Assembly: GCA_904384205.1 (NCBI GenBank)
Contig: CAJFJY010000006.1
Location: 1 to 42,907 of the forward strand
Source of the DNA: an uncultured Clostridia bacterium
GTDB lineage: Bacteria; Bacillota; Clostridia; TANB77; CAG-508
Direction of reading: 5' to 3'
Length of the DNA: 42,907 bases
Shown: piece after piece, positions 10,496 to 20,400 of the stretch
Layout: each line of letters begins with the position of its first letter
How positions within the stretch are numbered: position 1 is the first letter of the stretch
Position numbers and translations under genes: made by a program
The notes under the pieces: model-generated
What the model was told of the DNA's origin: nothing
What the model saw: only the letters and a program-made list of their open reading frames with translations
Databases searched by the model: none

Positions 10496-12514
10496 CTATT
10501 CCATATTCCATCTAAGTATAACTTTGAATAAATCTCCATCAATTGAAATTTTAAAAGTTCCTCCTTGAATTTCTGTTAAACTCTCTGCAATTGATAAACC
10601 TAAACCGCTTCCTTCTGTATATCTTGATTTATCTCCTCTTACAAATCTTTGCATCAATTCTTCAGCTGAAATATTTAGCCTTGTTGCAGAAATATTTTTT
10701 ATTTCTAGTTTTATTTCTTTTTGCGTTTTTTGTAAATTTATATATACTCTTGTATTTTCCATTGCATATTTTGAAATGTTGCTGAATAGATTATCAATTA
10801 TTCTATACATATATCTATTGTCAGCTTGTATTTTTACATCTTCGTTTGTTACATCTAAATCAATTTTTAATCCTTTTTCTTTAAACTTATCTTCAAACTC
10901 ACCAATTGCTTGATTTATTAATTCTTTTAAGTTTATTGTTTCCAAATTTAATTTTACATTTCCAGAAGATACTTTTGAGGCTTCTACTAAGTCTTCTATC
11001 AATTTTTTAAGTCTTTGTGATTTTTTATCCAATATTGCGATATATTGTTCAATTGTTGCATTATTTATATCTTCTTTCTTTAATAAATCCACATAATTTA
11101 TTATTGAAGTTAATGGTGTTTTGATATCATGTGATACATTTGTTATAAGTTCTGTTTTTAGTCTCTCTGATTTTAGACTTTGTTCTATTGCATTTGAAAA
11201 TCCTCCTGCTATATCATTGATATATTTTGCCATGCTTTTTAATACACCTGTTAATTCTTCTTCATTTAAGTGTACATCTGACTTTCCTTCATATATATCT
11301 TGCAATGCTGTTTGAATTTTATTCATTTTTTTGTTGTACTCTAATAATTTATATAAAGTCCAAAACCAAAGTGCTAATAGTAATATAACTGCTATAAATG
11401 AACCTACTCCTGCTAATATTATTGATGCTATTATGAATAGAACATATAATATTATTATCTTCCTACTTGTTTTTATTTTGTTATGTTTATCATCTCTAAA
11501 TGTTTTATTTAGTTGATTTTTGATCCATCTATATATTCTATATGTTGTAAATGTATGCCAAAATTCTTTTGCTTTTATTCTTTTTATTATTGTTGTTATA
11601 TATAAAGCTGTACTTGCATATGCAATAATATAACATATACTCATAATTGGTATTAATAGTTCCTGTGGCATATTATAATTTACTCCTGCAACAAATCCAC
11701 TACACATTATGCCAACTACCATAACTACAAAAAATGTTAAAACTTCAAATGAAAATTTGTCAATTCCATTTAAGCTTATTCCTTCTTTTCCCTTTTCATG
11801 TCCTATTGCCCATATTAGATATATTATCATTGCTACTATTAAAATTGATGTTATTGGTATTAAGTATGCTGGATAATTTTGGTGTCTTTCAAATAAATTA
11901 TATATAGTTTTTTGTATATAGAATGAGTTTGAATATGATATATCTTCTGGATTTAGGTTTGTATATATTTTAAATCCCTCTAATGCATTTGATGAATAAT
12001 ATGTTGATATAATATATTTTGCATTTTCTTGGTTTAAATTTTCTATGTTTGTATTTATTGTATCATTTTCATATGTCCAATATATTGGCTCATTTGCCAT
12101 TTCTTGTATTTCTAAGTTATAGTCTGACGTTTTTATATTAGTATATAAATTCCCTGTACTTTCATCTATTATAATGTAATTTATAAATCTACTTATAGAA
12201 TAATCATCATAATTTATGGATCTATAATATACTTTTCCTTCATAACTATTATCATTTATTTCTGTATAATAATATGGTTCATTATCAGGATTTGTCCTTT
12301 TTGCATTCTTTATAGTTCTTGTGTATGTGTAAATTGATGATAAATATTCATTTGAAAAACTTTCTGTTTCTATATATTCTTCTGGCTTTATGTTTGAGCC
12401 ATTTTCTGTAAATAACACTATATTTAATATGCTTGCTATCAATATTACTCCCATAATTGGTATTAAAATATAGCACAGCATTTTAGTTAATGTTGATTCT
12501 CTCAATTTTTCCAT
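10496..12514 (-). CDS. Membrane sensor histidine kinase
   Basis: H-box NVSHDIKTPLTSI, N-box NLFSNISKYA, FVRGDKSR, GSGLGLSIA; multiple TM segments; start placed at ATG 12514 behind RBS AAAGGA because the ORF-track extension runs into a repeat. Confidence 0.9.
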   Translation of the reverse strand: MEKLRESTLTKMLCYILIPIMGVILIASILNIVLFTENGSNIKPEEYIETESFSNEYLSSIYTYTRTIKNAKRTNPDNEPYYYTEINDNSYEGKVYYRSINYDDYSISRFINYIIIDESTGNLYTNIKTSDYNLEIQEMANEPIYWTYENDTINTNIENLNQENAKYIISTYYSSNALEGFKIYTNLNPEDISYSNSFYIQKTIYNLFERHQNYPAYLIPITSILIVAMIIYLIWAIGHEKGKEGISLNGIDKFSFEVLTFFVVMVVGIMCSGFVAGVNYNMPQELLIPIMSICYIIAYASTALYITTIIKRIKAKEFWHTFTTYRIYRWIKNQLNKTFRDDKHNKIKTSRKIIILYVLFIIASIILAGVGSFIAVILLLALWFWTLYKLLEYNKKMNKIQTALQDIYEGKSDVHLNEEELTGVLKSMAKYINDIAGGFSNAIEQSLKSERLKTELITNVSHDIKTPLTSIINYVDLLKKEDINNATIEQYIAILDKKSQRLKKLIEDLVEASKVSSGNVKLNLETINLKELINQAIGEFEDKFKEKGLKIDLDVTNEDVKIQADNRYMYRIIDNLFSNISKYAMENTRVYINLQKTQKEIKLEIKNISATRLNISAEELMQRFVRGDKSRYTEGSGLGLSIAESLTEIQGGTFKISIDGDLFKVILRWNME

Positions 12515-12541
12515 ATGCTCACATCCTTTCATAATAGATAA

Positions 12542-12606
12542 GGATTTGGGGACGTACCTCAAAATCCCTCTATTTAGGGATTTTAAGGTACGTCCCTAAA
12601 TCCCTA
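12542..12606. repeat. GGGAC/GTCCC element, copy 5; near-complete ~61-bp palindrome
   Basis: ggatttggggacgtacctcaaaatccct-ctattt-agggattttaaggtacgtccctaaatcc; abuts the response regulator TAG (12604-12606). Confidence 0.88.
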
Positions 12607-13302
12607 TTTGATATCTTCTATTTTATATCCTATTCCCCACATTACTTTTAAATATTTAGGCTCTTTTGGATTTATTTCAATTTTTTCTCTTATGTGTCTT
12701 ATATGTACTGCTATAATGTTTTCTGCACCATAGCTTTCTTCATTCCAAACATTTTCATATATTTGTGATATTGAAAATACTTTTCCTTTATTTTTAAGTA
12801 AAAATTTTAAAATATTATATTCAGTTGCTGTAAGTTTGATTTCTTTTCCATCAACAACTACTTTTTTACTTTCATCATCTATGCTTAAATCTCCAGATTT
12901 TAATACATTTTCATTCTTTTTAGGTGTTATATTTCCAAAATCTACATATCTTCTTATGTTAGACTTTACCCTTGCAATTAATTCTAATGGATTAAATGGT
13001 TTTGTTATATAATCATCTGCACCTAAATCTAACCCTGATATTTTATCATAATCTTCTGACTTTGCAGATAACATGATTACCGGAATTGTCTTGCTTTTTC
13101 TTATTTCTTCTAAAGTTTGTAACCCATCTTTTTTAGGCATCATTATGTCTAATATGATTAAATGAATTTCATTTTCATTAACTTTTTTAATAGCTTCCTC
13201 TCCATCATATGCTTTTATGATATTATATCCTTCTCTTGATAAATATATTTCAATCGCATTTGCTATTTCTTTGTCATCATCAACTACTAAAATATTGTAC
13301 AT
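12604..13302 (-). CDS. OmpR/PhoB-family response regulator
   Basis: ILVVDDD, LDIMMP, LSAK, GADDYITKPF; winged helix ending VHIRHIREKIE...WGIGYK; paired with the kinase. Confidence 0.93.
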   Translation of the reverse strand: MYNILVVDDDKEIANAIEIYLSREGYNIIKAYDGEEAIKKVNENEIHLIILDIMMPKKDGLQTLEEIRKSKTIPVIMLSAKSEDYDKISGLDLGADDYITKPFNPLELIARVKSNIRRYVDFGNITPKKNENVLKSGDLSIDDESKKVVVDGKEIKLTATEYNILKFLLKNKGKVFSISQIYENVWNEESYGAENIIAVHIRHIREKIEINPKEPKYLKVMWGIGYKIEDIK

Positions 13303-13324
13303 AATTAATCTCATCCTTTCCTAG

Positions 13325-13459
13325 AGGTACAGATCAGGTTGGAAAAGAATTAAATTTTGGCTAGGAAAACAAGTTTGAAATTTATGAGGCGTACTTTTTG
13401 TACGTTGATTAAATTTCAAGCGAAGTTTGACAACGCCAAAATTGTAATTATTTTTCAAC
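13325..13459. repeat. ~135-bp imperfect long-hairpin element (second copy at 35080-35220, inverted)
   Basis: 53-bp stretch 13343-13395 is identical to the reverse complement of the 35 kb copy; nested stems gttggaaaagaatta/taattatttttcaac, ttttggc/gccaaaa, ttgaaattta/taaatttcaa, cgtac/gtacg. Confidence 0.88.
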
Positions 13460-13555
13460 ATTCATCCCTTCTTATTAAACTAGTATTATAATACCACAGG
13501 TTTATTAACTTTGTATATAAAAAATATTAAGATTTTATTAAAAAACTAGCATTTT

Positions 13556-14569
13556 CTAGAATTTAGAAAATGCTAGTTCTTTTTGTTTTTCTTGTTCTTC
13601 TGCTACGCCTGTTGCTATTATTGTTACTTCTACTTCTCCATTCATGTTTGGGTCTATTACTGTTCCAAATATTACATTTGCGTTTTCGTTTATTCTGTCA
13701 TTTACTAGTCCTATTGCACTATTTATTTCTAGTAAGCTTAAGTCTTCATCTCCTTTAATGTTAAATATTACTCCTTGTGCTCCATCTATTTTGCTTTCTG
13801 TTAATGGGTTTGTTATTGCTTGTTTTACTGCACTTTCTACTTTTCTTTCTCCTGATGCTCTTCCTATTCCCATATATGCTTTTCCATTATATTTTATGGT
13901 TGTTCTGATATCGGCAAAATCCACATTTACTTCTCCAACTGATGTTAATAAGTCTGTAACGCCTGTGATTCCTTGCTCTAATATTTTATCTGCTATTGAA
14001 AATGCTGAATTTAATGTTATTCTATCACTTGTTGTTTTTAATAGGTTATCATTTAATACTACTATTAAATCGTCTACATTTTCTCTTAATTTTTTTATTC
14101 CATAGTCTGCTCTTATTTTTCTTGCTTTTCCTTCAAATAGGAATGGTTTTGTTACAACTCCTACTGTTAATATTCCCATTTCTTTTGCTATTTCTGCTAC
14201 TACTGGGGCTGCTCCTGTTCCTGTTCCGCCTCCCATTCCTGCTGTTATGAATACTAGGTCTGCTCCTTGCAATATTTGTTTTATTTCTTCTTTATTTTCT
14301 CTTGCTGCTCTTTCTCCTACGTTTTCATTTGCTCCTGCTCCTAGTCCTTTTGTTGTTTCTACTCCTATTTGTAATACATTGTTTGTTTTTGCTCTTTTTA
14401 GTGTTCCTGTTTCTGTGTTTAATAGATAAAATGATACTCCTTTTACATTGTCTTCTATCATTCTGTTTACTGCATTGTTTCCTGCTCCACCTACTCCTAT
14501 TACTTTGATTTTTGGTGTTTTGTTTTGTTCTTTTGGTTCCATGTTTATATTATACATTTTTATTTTCAT
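13556..14569 (-). CDS. ftsZ: FtsZ-family GTPase lacking the canonical C-terminal linker and peptide (probable paralog)
   Basis: GVGGAGNNAVNRM, GLGAGAN, GMGGGTGTGAAP, PFLFEG, T7 loop NVDFAD, VTIIATG; only 15 aa follow the core. Confidence 0.88.
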   Translation of the reverse strand: MKIKMYNINMEPKEQNKTPKIKVIGVGGAGNNAVNRMIEDNVKGVSFYLLNTETGTLKRAKTNNVLQIGVETTKGLGAGANENVGERAARENKEEIKQILQGADLVFITAGMGGGTGTGAAPVVAEIAKEMGILTVGVVTKPFLFEGKARKIRADYGIKKLRENVDDLIVVLNDNLLKTTSDRITLNSAFSIADKILEQGITGVTDLLTSVGEVNVDFADIRTTIKYNGKAYMGIGRASGERKVESAVKQAITNPLTESKIDGAQGVIFNIKGDEDLSLLEINSAIGLVNDRINENANVIFGTVIDPNMNGEVEVTIIATGVAEEQEKQKELAFSKF

Positions 14570-14592
14570 TCCTTTCTTCAGGTATAAATTTT

Positions 14593-14622
14593 GTTGGAAA
14601 AGAATAGATAATTATTTTCAAC
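14593..14622. repeat. Internally deleted mini-copy of the 135-bp hairpin element
   Basis: gttggaaaagaat equals 13338-13350; taattattttcaac matches 13445-13459 minus one T. Confidence 0.6.
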
Positions 14623-14715
14623 CTTTTTCCTCTTTATGCGTCATGTATATTTCTATCATAATTTAAGTTTAAATTCAATAGGGAAATTTAAAAATGTATA
14701 AAAAGTAAGATAACT

Positions 14716-16228
14716 TTATTTTAATATAGGATATCCTTTATTTATATTTTCGTTATCTAAACTAAAAGCATTGTTTTCTTTATTTAATAATTCTATAAAA
14801 GTTGTTGTTTCTCCATTTTCCAAATTAATATTACTTTTATTTTGCATTTGACTTTCTGTTAATTTCATGCAATTTTCCATTATTCCTGTATTTCCTCCTG
14901 ACATTTCATTTGTATTAATTGTATAACAATATTTAATGTTTCCTTTATTATTTCCAATAATTCCTCCTCTGTTGATTCCTCCTTGAATATTTCCTACATT
15001 ATATGAAAATTCTATACTTCCATTGGTTTCATTTCTTCCTGAAATTCCTCCTATGTCCCAATTATTAGAATATGCATCTACTTCTCCTATATTATAACAA
15101 TTTTTTATTGTTCCAGAATTGATTCCTACAATACCACCTTTAGCATATCTTACATAACTTGTCGGAGCTAGTATGTTTCCTATATTATAACTTTCTTCTA
15201 CTATTCCAGAATTACTACCTACAATACCACCTATTGTATGATCTCTTAGCATTAATTCATGAGTATTTATACATTTTTTTATAATTCCACTACTCATATT
15301 TTGTCCACATATTCCTCCTCCACTCGCATTTAAATCTAAATATCCTTTATTTTCACAGTTTTCAATTAATCCAATATTTCTTCCTACAAATGCTCCACCG
15401 TAATTGCCTGTTAAATGTATTTCTATCTGATTTTTACAGTTATATATTTTTCCGTTTTCATTATTTATACTTGCCATTCCTGCAATATAATTGCGTCCTT
15501 GAATATATCCATTTAATATTATATTTTGGATTGTACCACTATTAGAATAAAATATTGCTTTATTATCTCCTCCATTTATATATATTCCTTCTATTTTATT
15601 ATTTTTTCCGTCTAAAATTCCTCCAAAATGGCTAGAATATGTTCCTATTGGTTCCCATTGATTTTCTTCGCTACAATTTAAATCAATATCATTTTGTAAT
15701 ACATAGTGACTGTCCATATTAAATTTGTATTTTTCTCCTCCTGCTTCTTCTATTATTATTTCTTCTCCTGTCCCTATTTTCTTGAATTGTTCACCTGTAT
15801 ATATTGGTATTATGTTTTGCTTTGCGTGTATATCCATTTCCTCTAACCATTCTGCTTGCTGTTTACTTACTTTTTCTTCGGTGTACACTAATTCTCCATC
15901 TTCCATATATAACATTTCGTTATATTTATCATCTATTCCTACTAAATTTTTTAAAGTTCCGAATTGGAATTCTTCTCCATCATTTTTTACTTCTTCTATT
16001 TCTATTTTTTCTTTTATATCTTTTATTTCTGCCATAAATTTTGCTTTTCCTGCATTATTTAATATTCCATTGTCTCCGTGAAATTGTTCCGATTGTTATA
16101 CTTGCTAAAATTAATAAAACTATTATGGTTATAGCTAATGCTACTAATGTTATTCCTTCCTGTTTTCCTCTTATGTTGTTTTTTCCTGTTTTCTGGTAAA
16201 ATCTTCTGTTTTTGCTTTTCTTTTGCAT
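14716..16228 (-). CDS. Prepilin-type N-terminus fused to a GLUG-repeat surface protein; needs a +1 shift at 16078 (about 503 aa joined)
   Basis: RBS AGGAGG, ATG 16228: MQKKSKNRRFYQKTGKNNIRGKQEG-ITLVALAITIIVLLILASITIGTIS, then CGG and a stop at 16055-16057. Skipping one base gives GDNGILNNAGKAKF, in frame with the 439-aa ORF containing GGIVGxNxG (GLUG-like) repeats. Confidence 0.8.
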
Positions 16229-16282
16229 ATTTGCTCCTCCTTCTACTAATCATTAAGTAAGATACTTAATGATTCTGAAGGA

Positions 16283-16327
16283 AATAGGAATAGCTTGATT
16301 TTACTACTAAAATAAGCTATTCCTGTT
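16283..16327. terminator. Terminator-like hairpin inside the invertible segment
   Basis: aataggaatagctt (16283-16296) / aagctattcctgtt (16314-16327) plus inner atttta/taaaat. Confidence 0.55.
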
Positions 16328-16383
16328 CTTAATTTTATTATTTTGGTTATTCATTTTACTTCAAATTTTGTATTTTGTAACTA

Positions 16384-16412
16384 TTGACATTACTGCTTTT
16401 TATTGGTATTAT
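16384..16412 (+). promoter_or_regulatory. sigma-A-type promoter inside the invertible segment
   Basis: TTGACA (16384-16389), 17-bp spacer, TATTAT (16407-16412), with an extended TGn. Confidence 0.75.
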
Positions 16413-16569
16413 ATTTTTAGAATTTAATCATTAAGTATCTTACTTAATGACTTTTTTGTTCTCCACTTTTTAGTAAATTAGATAGAAATTTTGTATTTTT
16501 TTCTGTTTCTTTACATATATCTTATGCTATAATATTAATATATAAATTATTATAGAAAGTACGGTTGTT

Positions 16570-17430
16570 ATGTTTATTAAATATGTTATTAAAAATACAG
16601 ATTGTGAATTTACTATTAATGATTTGTTAAAAAACAAATTTAATATTTCTGCAAGATTACTTAATAAATTAATTAGAAATAAAAAAATACTTGTGAATGG
16701 TAATGTTTTTGATACTAGATTAAAATGCAATTCTGGAGATGAATTGCTTATTGATTTTTCTGCTGAAGAAGATAATAGTAATATTGTTCCTACTAAGATG
16801 GATCTATCAATTGTTTATGAAGATGACTGGATGTTAGTTGTTAATAAACCTGCTAATATGCCTGTTCATCCTTCTATGGAACATTTTACTGATTCTCTTG
16901 CAAATGGAATTAGATTTTATTTTGATTCTATAGGTTTGAAGAAAAAAATTAGGATAGTAAATAGACTTGATTTAAATACTTCTGGCTTGGTTATTGTTGC
17001 AAAGTGTGAGTATATTCAAGAATGTTTAATTAAAGAAATGTCTGATGGCTCTTTTAAAAAGAGTTATTTGGCTTTAGCTTCTGGCATTTTTAATAAAAAA
17101 GATGATGTTTTGATTTTTCCTATTGCTAGAAAACAGGGTAGCATTATTGAAAGATGTGTGGATTTTGAAAATGGTCAATTTTCTAGTACTCATTTTAGGG
17201 TTATAAAAGAAATTGATGGCAATTCTTTGATTTTATGTTCTTTGAAAACTGGCAGGACTCATCAGATTCGTGTTCATTTGTCTTATATTGGTCATCCTTT
17301 AATTGGAGATTCTTTATATGGAAATTGTTCTGCTTCTGAGTTTCCTAATGGGCAGAAATTACATTGCTATAGGCTCAAGTTTGTTCATCCTGTAACTAAG
17401 AAATTGCTTACATTAAAAAGCAAATTTTGA
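16570..17430 (+). CDS. RluA/RluD-family pseudouridine synthase
   Basis: S4-like N-terminus, VNKPANMPVHPS, NRLDLNTSG catalytic Asp, TGRTHQIRVH, GHPLIGDSLYG. Confidence 0.93.
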   Translation: MFIKYVIKNTDCEFTINDLLKNKFNISARLLNKLIRNKKILVNGNVFDTRLKCNSGDELLIDFSAEEDNSNIVPTKMDLSIVYEDDWMLVVNKPANMPVHPSMEHFTDSLANGIRFYFDSIGLKKKIRIVNRLDLNTSGLVIVAKCEYIQECLIKEMSDGSFKKSYLALASGIFNKKDDVLIFPIARKQGSIIERCVDFENGQFSSTHFRVIKEIDGNSLILCSLKTGRTHQIRVHLSYIGHPLIGDSLYGNCSASEFPNGQKLHCYRLKFVHPVTKKLLTLKSKF

Positions 17431-17459
17431 GATAGAAAATTTTAATTTTTCTATCTCAA
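17427..17459. terminator. Bidirectional terminator between the convergent rlu gene and addA
   Basis: 13-bp stem ttgagatagaaaa / ttttctatctcaa. Confidence 0.6.
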
Positions 17460-17483
17460 TTAGTTGGAAATTGTTAGCTATTT

Positions 17484-20400
17484 TTAAATTTCCAAAGCTT
17501 TTCCCAAATAAATCGAATAAATATATTTTTTATCAACTTTTCTGCTTAAAGCTTCTTCTAATGCTGTTTTATACAAACTTAACTGGCTGTTGTATTTACT
17601 AATTAGTTCATTTTCTTTTCCTTCTGGCACATAATCTGTTTTGTAATCTACTAGTATAAGATTATCATTTTTGTCTATGTAATATAAATCTATAATACCT
17701 TGAACCAAAATATTTTCATCTATATTTTCATCTTCATATATCTCTTTTGCAGGTATATTTAAATAAAAAGGTTTTTCTTTATAAATTTCTTTTGCTTCTT
17801 TTAAATCTTGACCTATTTGTGATTTTGTAAATTCAAGTATTTTATATGGATTTACACTTTTAGCTTCTTTTTCTGTTAATATATTTGTATTTTGTAATTC
17901 TATTATAAAGTTTTGTATTTCTTCTAAATTATATTCTTTTTTTGCATCTAATTTTTGTAAGCAAAGATGAGTTATAGTTCCTTTTTGTGCAGATGTTAAT
18001 TTTTCATCTTTGTTTTCTTTTAAGAATTCCGGTTTTCTAAATTCACTTTTTTCTTCTTTTGAAGATGTTTTGATATTTTCTGTTTCTTTTAATTTTTCTG
18101 TACTTTTTTCTATATTTTTTGTATGGCTTCGTTGTTGTGAAGTTATTTCTTCTAGACTTTGAATTTTCTCCTGCTCTAATTCTTTTATCTTAGTAACTGA
18201 TATTTTTGTTGGGATAACTGTGCTTGCTAAAAATGCGTATTTGTATTCCAATTCTTTTTGTATTGTTTTATATAAATTTTCTTGATGTTCAAATTCTGTT
18301 TCCTCTTGTATATTTTCAGGCACATTGTTTAGTAACTTGTTCCATTTATTCATTTCTTCTTTTTTATCTTTTATTTCTAATTTTAATGAATGGCTTTCTT
18401 TTGCATTTATATACACAAGAATTATCCAATCTAAATATGATTTTGCCTTCTTTATTAGCAAATGATTTATTTTTCCATTTTCTTTTGGATAAATTTTATT
18501 TAAGTTTTCCCATTTTTCAATCTTTTCTTGTATATCTTTTCCAATTCCTGTTATGTATAGTTTTTCTTTTGCTCTTGTCAATGCAACATAAAGTATTCTC
18601 ATTTCTTCAGATATATTTTCATTTTCAACTTGCTTTTTTAATGCTTCTCTTGAAAGTGTATCATATTGTATTTGTTCATCATAATTTATGTATTTTACAC
18701 CTATTCCTAAATCTTGATGTAGCAATACTGAATCTTTTCTGATATCCTGCATATTAAATTGTTTATTTGTATTTGCTAAAAATACTACCGGAAATTCCAA
18801 TCCTTTACTTTTGTGAATACTCATAATCCTAACTACATCATCATTTTCGCCAATTATTTTTGCTGTTCCCATGTCTCCGCTACTTAACTGCAACTTTTCC
18901 ATGAATTGTATAAAATTATATAATCCTTTAAAACTTGCACTTTCGTATTGCCTTGCTTTTTCAAATAGCATTTTTAAATTTGCTTGTCTCAATTCCCCAT
19001 TTGGCATAAGTCCGACATAATTATAGAATCCTGTTTCTATATATATTTTCCATATTAATTCATCTAATGCTAAATATTCTTTTTCTTTTCTCCATTTTTG
19101 CAAGTTCTCTAAAAAATTATTTATTTTTTCTTTTAGTTTTGAATTTACATTTGGAACTGCTTTTTGCATACAATTATAGAAATTATCATATTTATCACTT
19201 AATCTAATTTCTACTAATTCATTATCAGTAAATTTTCCGATATTAGATCTTAATACTGATACTAATGGTATATCTTGAATTGGATTATCTATTATTTTTA
19301 ATAAATTTAATATTGTTTGTATTTCAATTGTTTCTAAATATTGTTCTGAACTATCTGAGAATACAGGTATTCCTAGATTTATCATTTCTTGCTCATAAAT
19401 ATTTGCTTTTTCTTTAGTTGACCTTAATAAAATTACAATGTCTTTATATTTAATATCTCTAAAACTTTCAGCTTTTCTGTCATATATTTGATATTTGCTT
19501 TGTACTAATTCTTTTATCTTTTTTGCAATGTATTTAGCTTCGATTTCTATATCTTCAATTTTTTCTAAATCTTGTATTTCGTCATCATTATCGCTACTAA
19601 TTTCTATTTCTTCTGCATCTTCATTATGGGTTGATTCTATTATATCAATCTCTGTTTTCAATTCTTGATTTGTTTCTTTATAATCTGTTGCACCTAGATT
19701 AAGATATTCATTTTTGTTGTATTCTATTTCACCAATTTTTTCACTCATAATATTTTGAAAGACTAAATTCGTAAAATCTAATATGTTTCCTCTACTTCTG
19801 AAGTTTTTAAATAGTTGTATCTTTTTGCCTTTTTTCATATCTTGTATTGTTTCTAATTTTTCTGCTTCATCCTCTACAATTTCATATTCGTTATATTTTG
19901 ATAAAAATAGCTTTGGCATTGCTTGTCTGAATTTATATATACTTTGCTTTACATCTCCTACCATGAATAAATTGTTACCTCTTGATACAGATGTCAAAAT
20001 TGTTTCTTGTACTAAATTGCTATCTTGATATTCATCAATTGCAATTTCTTCAAACTTTTGAGTGTACTTTTCTGCCACTTCTGTTTTTACTAAATTTCCT
20101 TGCTCATCTTTCTTTACCAAAATTGATAATGCAAAATGCTCTATATCACTAAAATCTAATATGTTTTTCTCTCTTTTTTTCTTTGAAAATTGTTTGTCAA
20201 ATTCTATGATTAAGTCTTTCAATTTTGTTAATGTTTTGTACATATCATAGATATCTTGGTTTGATTGTTTTGAATCAGATACAAATGTATTGTTTAGTTT
20301 ATCATATAACTTTTTTCTAACTTGATCACGAATTGCTTTTGCTTCATCTTTTATATCTGAAGTAACCTTTTTTCGTGGCCAGTCTATAAATTTAAAATTT

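Larger units (their letters stand above)
16248..16452. promoter_or_regulatory. Putative invertible promoter element (phase-variation switch)
   Basis: 16250-16274 and 16426-16450 are perfect 25-bp inverted repeats; each is a palindrome with an asymmetric 7-bp core (taagata / tatctta); they enclose a promoter and a hairpin. Confidence 0.75.

Noticed and set aside
14703-14716. aagtaagata matching the core of the inverton repeat at the 3' end of the GLUG gene
   Set aside because: Only 10 bp of AT-rich match without the palindromic arms; cannot be distinguished from chance.
16059-16253. 64-aa ORF from the track
   Set aside because: Wrong frame; the RBS-backed prepilin frame starts at 16228.
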